NCBI GenBank assembly: GCA_026991575.1
Contig: JALXBF010000164.1
Location: forward strand, 1 to 39,395
Source: Planctomycetota bacterium
Lineage (GTDB): Bacteria; Planctomycetota; Planctomycetia; JALXBF01
Length of the DNA stretch: 39,395 bases
Direction: 5' to 3'
The notes beneath the pieces were generated by a model. That model was not told where the DNA came from and searched no databases. It saw only the letters and a list, made by a program, of their open reading frames with translations. A program made the translations under genes and the position numbers. How positions within the stretch are numbered: the first letter of the stretch is position 1; each line of letters starts with the position of its first letter. Positions 28,045 through 35,697 of the stretch are shown here, in pieces.

Positions 28045-28710
28045 TCATCCCCAGCACAGCTCGCAGTACGCGCACGCCTTGCAGTAGGGCTGCCACTCAA
28101 CCTGCGGAGGCCTCGGCAGACTCTCGATAGCCGGGATGTCGTTCAGGGCCTTGATCACCTCCTGTTCAAGCTCTGGTGTCAGCTCGACTCGCTGGACACG
28201 CCGCTGGCGTGGGAATCGCAGTTCCCCGCTCAGGTCGGCGGCCCCCAGTTGCTTTAGGTACCACAGATAGTAGGCCAGCTGGAGGCGGGCGGCGTGGACG
28301 AGCTTGGGTGAATACTTGATCTCGATCAGCCGATTCCGTTGGTGGAGGAGGTCGATGCGAATGAGTTCATGCACCAGCACGTCGCGTCGGTCCTGGTGCC
28401 GATAGGCCGTCTCGTGTAGGAAGCGACCGAGGGCGACGCGGTCGGAGGTGTGTTCCAGGGTGATGTGTCGAGAGAACAGCCAGAGACGGCGGAGGCACGT
28501 GGCCCAGTAGTTGACTTTGACGCCGTTGATCCGCAGCCGACGTGCGGTTTCCGGGTCGACGCTGGGGCAGGCCCTCCGGCTGCTCTGCCGATCGCACACG
28601 CGTTGAGAACGGCATGCTACCGGCTCTGATGGTGACGACGACGCCACGGTGCTTCTGGCTGCCTGCCGTCCAGCCTGTTTCCTCATCACGTTTCGTTTTG
28701 TCGACGCCAC
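28045..28710 (-). CDS. cas4: CRISPR-associated exonuclease Cas4
   Basis: GVKVNYWATCLRRLWLF, IRIDLL...IEIKYS (RecB-like motifs), QLAYYL, and C-terminal CKACAYCELCW Fe-S cysteines. GGAGG lies 7 nt before GTG 28710. An alternative start is GTG 28599. Confidence 0.93.
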   Translation of the reverse strand: MASTKRNVMRKQAGRQAARSTVASSSPSEPVACRSQRVCDRQSSRRACPSVDPETARRLRINGVKVNYWATCLRRLWLFSRHITLEHTSDRVALGRFLHETAYRHQDRRDVLVHELIRIDLLHQRNRLIEIKYSPKLVHAARLQLAYYLWYLKQLGAADLSGELRFPRQRRVQRVELTPELEQEVIKALNDIPAIESLPRPPQVEWQPYCKACAYCELCWG

Positions 28711-28895
28711 GGTTCTTCCTCCGATTCGCGGCAGCCCGATACCGGAGGCTTGGCAACGTCTCTCAGTGACACGCTGCTTCCCTTAACAGGCCCGCTTTCG
28801 TTTTGTTCTTCGGATGGTTCTGCATCCAGCTACTTCGCCGACTACCTCGCAGGCGGGTGGTTGCCTACGCCTGCTGACGGCCTCCGACAGTGTGT

Positions 28896-28929
28896 ACTTG
28901 TTTTGGCAGCGAAACCTGACAACACAAGT
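28896..28929. promoter_or_regulatory. Imperfect 14-bp inverted repeat in the divergent cas4 / DUF1559 intergenic region
   Basis: ACTTGTTTTGGCAG-cgaaac-CTGACAACACAAGT: 12 of 14 positions complementary. The function is inferred only. Confidence 0.4.
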
Positions 28930-29324
28930 GGCAGAGCAGTGTGGCCAGCTCGGCATGGACGTCGCGCTGGATCGGGCCGGGGTAGGTTACGATGTTTTCT
29001 TGTCAGTGGCCGGAACCCCGTGCGGCGGGCCGTCTGCATCGACCCAGGTGCTCGCACAGGTCATGGGCTGTCGGCTGGGCGATAGTTGACGGACGGGGAC
29101 TGAGGCAGATGGATCGCACGGTACCGATTCGAAGGAAAGCATGGCTCGGCAGGTGCCCCCGGAGTGTCTTGGCCAGTCGCCCGCTCGGGCGGCAGTGCCA
29201 AGCCGGCGAAACTCCAGGGCGGTCCACTTGCCGGACCGGCTGCACCGCGTTAAACTACCGGGTGTCAACGCGAGGGTGCCGGAACTGCCTGATGCCGATC
29301 CGGGAGTCTTCGGGAGGTTCGCCG

Positions 29325-30413
29325 ATGCGCCGAGGGTTCACGTTGATCGAGCTCTTGGTCGTTATCGCCATTATTGCCGTGTTGATTGCCCTTCTCTTGC
29401 CCGCCGTGCAGATGGCCCGAGAAGCCGCGCGACGCGCGCAGTGTGCAAACAATCTCAAACAGATCGGCCTTGCCCTGCACAACTACCACCAGGCACACGG
29501 GTACTTCCCGCCCGAAGGTAACAAGGCCTACTTCCAGCCCAGAAGCAAACGCTGGGGCCCGGGGGGAAACCAGTACTGGTCGCTGAAAGTATTCCTCTTG
29601 CCGTACATGGATCGTGCCGACATCTACAACGCGGCAAATCTGGATCTACGCGCGTACGGTGAGCCAGCGGGGTATCGTTCTTGGAGTCGGGACGCGAACC
29701 TGACCCTGCGTCGCGCGCGGATCGAATCTTTCCTCTGTCCGTCGGATCACCACTTCGACCACGCAAATCCCTACCGTACGTCGCAGAGCTATGCTCCCAA
29801 CCACGGAACGGAACGCTACTTCAACAACTGGCGCACGAACGGCATTGTCTATCGACCGGGCTGGTACCGGTACTATCAGAAGCCGCTGGGGGTCCGGGAC
29901 ATTGTCGACGGGACTGCGTTTACGGCGGCGTTCTCCGAGTGGGTGCGCGGCAGCATGGTGTGGAACCGGAGTGTGGAGGCCCGCAGGGCTCTGGCACTGC
30001 GCGACCAGGCTGCCTGGGTCTGGCAAATCCAGCCGGTCTGGATTGCCTTTCCCCGTAGTACGCATCTGGGACGTGAGGGGGATCGCCAGTGGGAGCGTCT
30101 GTGCGAGGCATCACAGATCCCGCGCTGGCACGCCAAGGGAAGCATGTGGTGGGCTTCCGCTACCGGGGCCGGCACTGGCATCGGCTTTGGGAAGCGACCG
30201 AATCGCAAGTCGTGTGCACCTTACTCGCCGCTGTGGTGGGACGTGGGTACGCACCTGATGACGGCCAGTAGCATGCACCCAGGCGGGGTAAATGTGCTGT
30301 TTGCCGACGGCCGCGTGCGGTTCATTTCTGATGAGGTCGACGAGCAGGTTTGGTTTGCCATCGGCACACGGGACGGTCAGGAGCCGATTGACGAGACGGC
30401 CCTCAGCTTCTAG
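29325..30413 (+). CDS. DUF1559 family prepilin-like protein (N-terminal methylation site, H-X9-DG C-terminal motif)
   Basis: [63 protein letters not shown]...T...SE and [20 protein letters not shown] before ATG 29325. Confidence 0.95.
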   Translation: MRRGFTLIELLVVIAIIAVLIALLLPAVQMAREAARRAQCANNLKQIGLALHNYHQAHGYFPPEGNKAYFQPRSKRWGPGGNQYWSLKVFLLPYMDRADIYNAANLDLRAYGEPAGYRSWSRDANLTLRRARIESFLCPSDHHFDHANPYRTSQSYAPNHGTERYFNNWRTNGIVYRPGWYRYYQKPLGVRDIVDGTAFTAAFSEWVRGSMVWNRSVEARRALALRDQAAWVWQIQPVWIAFPRSTHLGREGDRQWERLCEASQIPRWHAKGSMWWASATGAGTGIGFGKRPNRKSCAPYSPLWWDVGTHLMTASSMHPGGVNVLFADGRVRFISDEVDEQVWFAIGTRDGQEPIDETALSF

Positions 30414-30508
30414 CAACTTCTTTGTGGCGGGCGTCCAGCAGCTCCGGCGCAGCTGGACGCCCCCCCCTTTCGCCAACGACCGTGGATCTCACCATTGGGC
30501 AGGGTGAA

Positions 30509-30724
30509 ATGCGAGTGGTACGTAGTCTGCTAACTGGCATCCTGGTAATCAGTTGCGTGATCGGATGCAGCCAGGGCCCCAAGCCGGCACCGCAGCCGGA
30601 AACAGAACAGGACGTGATGGAAGAAATGCAGCAGCTGTATGGAGATGCCAATCCGGCGAGCGGCGAGATGCCGGGTGAGGTGCCCGAAGACATGGAAAAA
30701 GCCGTCACGGGCGATCTACCATGA
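30509..30724 (+). CDS. Small putative lipoprotein accompanying the DUF1559 gene
   Basis: MRVVRSLLTGILVISCVIGC lipobox-like signal (VIGC) followed by an acidic P/E/M-rich tail. This is the position typical of DUF1559 partner genes. Confidence 0.7.
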   Translation: MRVVRSLLTGILVISCVIGCSQGPKPAPQPETEQDVMEEMQQLYGDANPASGEMPGEVPEDMEKAVTGDLP

Positions 30725-30750
30725 GAACCGATCGGTACCTACCTGCAACA

Positions 30751-30768
30751 GCCCGGCTGGGCCCTTTT
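30751..30768 (+). terminator. Possible weak intrinsic terminator after the DUF1559-lipoprotein cassette
   Basis: GCCC-ggct-GGGC short stem followed by CCTTTT, 26 nt after the stop codon. Confidence 0.25.
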
Positions 30769-31676
30769 GGTAACCAGGAACCGGCGCCTTGGAGAGTCGC
30801 TTAGCGTACGGTGCGCCCTGGAATGTTGATGCGATGCCGAGGACCTGGGGCGAGTGTGACCGGCGGGAGGGAATTCCGGTTCCGACTATTCGAGTGCTAT
30901 TGCGTACCGACCGCGCGGGGTTCGCTGGCGGTAGTTTGGTAACCTTGGTTTCCCGCCCGACTTCTTGAATCCAGCACTGCAGCGCTGCCGCGCCGGAGGG
31001 TTTTCCCCGCCGCTATGAACCGCTCAGCGCTCCCCCGACCTCGTGGCGATGCTCCCCGCGACCTGGTGGCGGCCGCCAGCCACGTACAAGGTGTGCTGCC
31101 CTTCGCGTTGCTCCCTTACGCGCGGTACCCATGCCGGCCAACGGATTCGCGTTCGCTCGGACCAGGAGGGAGTCCGATGCTCTCGCTTGCGCAACTCCCG
31201 TAGCTCCGTCCACTCACACCGGTGTGCCCTCCGGACTTGGGCGTTGGATGCCCGAGAACGCCACAAGGAAGGCGCCCTGGAGTGATATGCTGTCGAGCCA
31301 GTGGTGGACCAGCAACGTGTCGTGGGCCGCTTAACCGAAATCGTCTTGTCTTTTCCCGACAGACCTGCGGCAGCCGCGGGCCCCTCGAGGCACGCTATGG
31401 CGTGGCCAGGAACGCCGGCATCCTCGGACACGTTGTAGCCTCCTTGATCTGACGGTCCCCATTCCCGTACTGGGGGACACATGCATGTCCGCAGGCGTTT
31501 GTTTCCGATCGGGACCTGGACCCGGTACCGGCAAAGCTCCCCTTCAGGAAGGACCTGAGGCTCGCTTCATCGGCGGGCATCGATCCCGTGGAACTCGGGG
31601 CCGTGTTCGTGTAAGAAATTCGGCCCGGACCGGAGTTAGCATTAGGGGACGAGCGCCGTCCCCGAGGAGGCGTGCG

Positions 31677-32513
31677 ATGAGATTCCGGGTCCGTCTCATA
31701 CCGGTTGAGAGCGTTGCGGTTGTGCCGTGGAACTACCAACACCATCTTCAGGGCGTGCTCTACCGCGTGTTGATCGAGGAGCAGCCTGAGCTGGATGAGC
31801 TCTTGCATCGCAGCGGTTTCCCCTCAGGAGCCCGGCGGTTCCGCATGCTAACGTTCTCGAAGCTGCTGCCGCGCGCGGCCGAGACGAGCCACCATGGGCT
31901 GATCCTCCACCCACCCGTCTACTGGCTGATCAGCACCGCACTCGAGGCGGTGGCCAACGCGCTGGTACAGGGGCTGTTGAAACGAGCGGAGATCGCGGTC
32001 GGGGGACAGCAGTTCTTCATCGATCAAGTAGAAGACCAGCCCGTGCCCGACTTCAGCGCGGGGAAGATGCGTTTCGAGACTCTGTCACCCATCGTCGTAT
32101 CGCGGCCGGTCACCGATCAACGAGGTCGGTTAACCAAACAATACCTCGCGCCGGACGATCCGGAATTCTGGCAGCGCGTGGCGAGCAACCTGGCACGGAA
32201 AGCAGACGCGTTGGGCATCGAACCGGTTGGCTCGGTTCAGTTTAAGCCGATCGGTCGATGGCGGTCCCGGTTGATCTCGGTGCAGGGGGCCCGAGTCCGT
32301 GGTTACGAGGGGCGCTTTGTGGCCACTGGGGATCCGGCCCTGTTGTGCCTTGCCTATGACGTTGGGCTAGGCGAACGAAACGGCCAGGGTTTTGGCATGA
32401 TTGGGCTGATGCGCAGCGGTCGGCCTCCACAGGGCAGGCGTGGCTACGGGAGCAGCGGCAACGGGCGGCGGCTCGGCGACGGTGAACAAAGCAACGCAAA
32501 CAGCTGCCATTGA
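31677..32513 (+). CDS. cas6: CRISPR-associated endoribonuclease Cas6
   Basis: VPWNYQHHLQGVLY...LLHRSG...FRMLTFS, FETLSPIVVS, and the C-terminal Gly-rich loop YDVGLGERNGQGFGMI. SD GAGGAGG before ATG 31677. Confidence 0.95.
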   Translation: MRFRVRLIPVESVAVVPWNYQHHLQGVLYRVLIEEQPELDELLHRSGFPSGARRFRMLTFSKLLPRAAETSHHGLILHPPVYWLISTALEAVANALVQGLLKRAEIAVGGQQFFIDQVEDQPVPDFSAGKMRFETLSPIVVSRPVTDQRGRLTKQYLAPDDPEFWQRVASNLARKADALGIEPVGSVQFKPIGRWRSRLISVQGARVRGYEGRFVATGDPALLCLAYDVGLGERNGQGFGMIGLMRSGRPPQGRRGYGSSGNGRRLGDGEQSNANSCH

Positions 32514-33369
32514 CAAGACGCTGGCGGAAATCTGTCGTGAGTTCCGCCTTCCGGCGGTTGCCTCGGAGGCCCAATGGCAGCGGCTGCTAGAGTGCTTGCC
32601 CGTTGCCGTTCGTCGCCGCTTTGAGTGCTATAGCCTGGCGCTAAGCCTGTCTGGTGACCCCTTCGAGCGACGCCGACTTCAAGAGGCGCTGGCCGAACGC
32701 ACTGTCCCGCCAGGCGCCGCCCACATGCTCGAAGAGGCCCTCAGGCTGGCAGCCGCTCCCGACCTGGAGGCACGCTTCTATCGGTTCCTTGGCTCTGACC
32801 CTCAGCTGGTGGCCGTTGGCCTGGCCGGCCGCATGCGGCTGTACCGAGAGCTCCTGCCGTCTCTGGTGGCGGCGGTGACGCAGAGCGGGAGCCCGCCCAG
32901 GCGTATCCTGGACGTAGGCAGTTTCGCCGGCGTGGTCACGGTGACGATCGCTCGGGTTTTCCCGCAGGCCCACGTGATCGGCATCGAACGGGACGTGCGG
33001 TGGGTCGAGGTGGCCCGAGACTTAGCCCGACGCCTGGCCGTGGGCAATGTGCGCTTTGAACCAGCGGACTGCTGGGCGTACAACCCGGAGTGCAGCGTCG
33101 ACCAGATCTGGTGGTTGTTCGTAACGTCAGGTCAGGCGCCCGAGGATCTCCTGGGGGCCATCCTGAGCCGTGCCCGTAGCTGGCTTCGAGTTGGTGGACG
33201 GCTCATCCTGCTGGAGCGCTGGCAACAAGACGTGGACTTGCTCATCCGCTCTGCCGCGCGCGTGGCCGGGTTGGCCATTGGCGATGTGCTTCCCGTCCGA
33301 TGGCACTGCCCCGCGGAAGGCGACCAGCTGCAGAGAACCAATGCGTACTTATTGGACCGCGTCTCGTAA
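32440..33369 (+). CDS. Class I SAM-dependent methyltransferase with uncharacterised N-terminal helical region
   Basis: RRILDVGSFAG (motif I), VIGIERD (motif II), NVRFEPAD and WLRVGGRLILLE. The start is uncertain (GTG 32440 or 32482). Overlaps the cas6 3' end. Confidence 0.82.
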   Translation: MATGAAATGGGSATVNKATQTAAIDKTLAEICREFRLPAVASEAQWQRLLECLPVAVRRRFECYSLALSLSGDPFERRRLQEALAERTVPPGAAHMLEEALRLAAAPDLEARFYRFLGSDPQLVAVGLAGRMRLYRELLPSLVAAVTQSGSPPRRILDVGSFAGVVTVTIARVFPQAHVIGIERDVRWVEVARDLARRLAVGNVRFEPADCWAYNPECSVDQIWWLFVTSGQAPEDLLGAILSRARSWLRVGGRLILLERWQQDVDLLIRSAARVAGLAIGDVLPVRWHCPAEGDQLQRTNAYLLDRVS

Positions 33370-33486
33370 TCAACCCTGCGGGTCACGTGGCTCCTGTCCG
33401 GATCCTCACGCCGGCGCCGGCGGCAAGTCCCGGTGGTTCTGTCCTCACGGGAGCCAGCGTCGCAGCAGCCGGATCCCGCCAAGCCA

Positions 33487-35697
33487 TTAGCCTCCATCGG
33501 ATGGTTCAGCCGATTGTCCTCGCGGTGGCGCGGCTGTCGTTCCTTCATGGTTCCGTTGCCATTCGATCCGGCCTAAACGCATGACCCAGTGGAGACGGGC
33601 CAGGAGCTGGACGTCCTCGAGTGGGTTGCCGTCGACAGCGATCAAGTCTGCCATGGTGCCAGGCTGGACCCGTCCGGCCGGTAGGCCGAGCCAATCGGCG
33701 CAGCGCGACGTGGCTGCTTTAAGCACCTCGATCGGGGGCAGGCCGGCTTCCTGCAGTAAGCGCAGCTCGCGATGCAGGGCTGCACCATGAAACGTGCCAG
33801 GATTCCCGGCATCGGAGCCGGCTACAATGGCGACCCTGGCCTGGTAGGCGGCGCGGACGTTGGCCATGGCTTGGGCAAGCATGGCGGCGCGAGCCTGGGC
33901 CGGAATGAGCGAACCCATGAACCGCGCGAAAGGCTGTTTGAGCACCTCCTGTTCGTTGGCCGACAGTGTCTCGCGCACGAACGGCTCCTCGAGGATCCGC
34001 TCCGCCTCGGTCATCCTCATCAGCCCTTCATAGACGGCGAGAGTCGGGATCAGCACAGCGGATCGTTCAACCATCGTCTGCCATGCCGCCTGCGGCACGG
34101 CACCCGTCACGGGGACGTGCTCGATGCCGTCTGCGCCCATTTCGGCCGCGGCAAGCAGTTCGGCGGGTTCGTCGACATGGACCGAAATACGCAGGCCTGC
34201 GGCGTGTGCTTGGCGGATGAGTTCGCGAAGGATTTCCGGTTCCAGCCGCCGGTAACTGAAGTAGGGCGGAATGCCACCGCCGTAGACCGCTTTGATTGCG
34301 TCTACCTCGCCAAGGCAATCCGCCAGCGCCTCGGGTACTTCGGCAACGGCTGCCAGCTCTCGCACAAACTCGCGCTTGTCCGGCATGAACACAGCGAACT
34401 GGGCCGGATGGCCGCCGGGCGCGGTAAACAGCGGACCGACAAGCACAAACGCAGGGCCCCGCAGGAAGCCGCTCCGCAGCGAATCGCGCACGCTCAGGAC
34501 AACGTTCTTCGCGTCGCCGCAGCTCTTGACCATCGTCACGCCGCACCGGAGGTAGCGTTTCAAGTGTTCCCGCACCAGTTTCCTGGGCTCCGTCGTGAAC
34601 GCCCCGCCGAAGAACAGCCCCCCTGAGGTCAGGTGCACGTGAGCGTCTCCTAGGCCGGGCAGAACGGTCAACTTACGAGCGTCCACTAGCGTTGCTCCGG
34701 CCGGGGGCGGCTCGTAGCCGTCAACCACATCCGTGATCCGCCCGGCGCGGATCTTGATCGTGACCCGTGAACGAAGCTGCTCGGACGTACCATCCCACAG
34801 CCTGCCAGCATGCACGTAGACGGTCCCGGTCGGAAGCAGGGTGAAAGCGATGACGGCTTTCAGCACTCGCGGCGTTGCAAGCAGGCCGACGATCAAGGCC
34901 GCGCTAGTCAGCCACTGGCTTGGCCGCAGCGCCGTGAACGGGTCCCAGCGGAACACTCCGATGGCCAGAGCAAGGCCGAGCACGGCGGTAACCACTAGCG
35001 AGATCGCGGCCAGCAGAATCTCGGCCATCTCCGGCGACGCCTCACCGACAGACTCGGCCGCCCTGACCATGACGCCCAGCGGGTTGTATTCGCCGATTTG
35101 ACGCAGCCAGGAGGGTAGGAACTCGGCCGGGATCGTCGCACCGCTGAGGAACATCATCGGCAGGAAAAGCGTTTGCCCGACGGCCGGCACCAGCTTTGCA
35201 CTCGGCACCGTGGCGGCAATGATTAGCCCGAGTGCCAGTGCCGTCAGGGCTCCACAACCCAGGATGAGGACGGCAAGCGGCAGATGCACGGGGCCAGAGG
35301 GCGCCACCACGATAAGCAGTACGGTGAGCTGAACCGCCAGCGATATCCCCCCGACGATGCAGAAGGCCGTCGCTTCGGCCAACAGCAGAAGGGCCGGCGG
35401 AAGCGGGGTGACCAGGTAACGCCGCAGCACGCCACGCTCGCGCCACGTTACCAGCTGTGTCGGCAGGCTGAAGAGTCCCATCGCGATCATGTTGATGGCG
35501 ACGACCCTGAGGATGAGCCGCCAGTGCTCCTCGGCCGGTAGCCGCGCGAAGATTACCGTGAACGAGACGGCAAAGATGATGGGAAACGCCAGCGTCCAGA
35601 ACACACTCTGCCGGTCGCGCAGCCACAGCCGCAGCGACACAGCCGTGGACTTCAGATAGGCTCGGATCACTCGTCTCGTTCCGCCGGTTTCAGTCAT
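33487..35697 (-). CDS. ABC-2 type transporter permease fused to a metal-dependent amidohydrolase
   Basis: The N-terminal ~250 aa is an ABC-2 permease (RDRQSVFWTLAFP, RERGVLRRYLVTP, PMMFLSGA..P...LP.WL, FRW). The C-terminal part is an amidohydrolase (VLPGLGDAHVH, IKAV, SVHV, GIEHV, AGSDAG, ADLIAVDGNPLED). Confidence 0.9.
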   Translation of the reverse strand: MTETGGTRRVIRAYLKSTAVSLRLWLRDRQSVFWTLAFPIIFAVSFTVIFARLPAEEHWRLILRVVAINMIAMGLFSLPTQLVTWRERGVLRRYLVTPLPPALLLLAEATAFCIVGGISLAVQLTVLLIVVAPSGPVHLPLAVLILGCGALTALALGLIIAATVPSAKLVPAVGQTLFLPMMFLSGATIPAEFLPSWLRQIGEYNPLGVMVRAAESVGEASPEMAEILLAAISLVVTAVLGLALAIGVFRWDPFTALRPSQWLTSAALIVGLLATPRVLKAVIAFTLLPTGTVYVHAGRLWDGTSEQLRSRVTIKIRAGRITDVVDGYEPPPAGATLVDARKLTVLPGLGDAHVHLTSGGLFFGGAFTTEPRKLVREHLKRYLRCGVTMVKSCGDAKNVVLSVRDSLRSGFLRGPAFVLVGPLFTAPGGHPAQFAVFMPDKREFVRELAAVAEVPEALADCLGEVDAIKAVYGGGIPPYFSYRRLEPEILRELIRQAHAAGLRISVHVDEPAELLAAAEMGADGIEHVPVTGAVPQAAWQTMVERSAVLIPTLAVYEGLMRMTEAERILEEPFVRETLSANEQEVLKQPFARFMGSLIPAQARAAMLAQAMANVRAAYQARVAIVAGSDAGNPGTFHGAALHRELRLLQEAGLPPIEVLKAATSRCADWLGLPAGRVQPGTMADLIAVDGNPLEDVQLLARLHWVMRLGRIEWQRNHEGTTAAPPRGQSAEPSDGG

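Noticed and set aside
28750..29089. Short ORFs (91-111 aa) between cas4 and the DUF1559 gene
   Set aside because: No recognisable motifs or SD, and they overlap likely promoter elements.
28992..29324. N-terminal extension of the DUF1559 ORF
   Set aside because: The prepilin motif must be N-terminal, and ATG 29325 has a good SD.
29325..30413. DUF1559 variable region as a diversity-generating retroelement target
   Set aside because: No reverse transcriptase and no template-repeat copy are visible in the window.
31432..31460. GTTGTAGCCTCC resembling the start of some CRISPR repeats
   Set aside because: Single copy, no matching 3' end (e.g. ATTGAAAC) and no periodic recurrence.
31485..31676. 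N-terminal 64-aa extension of cas6
   Set aside because: R/G/P-rich non-protein-like sequence. A strong SD precedes ATG 31677, where Cas6 homology begins.
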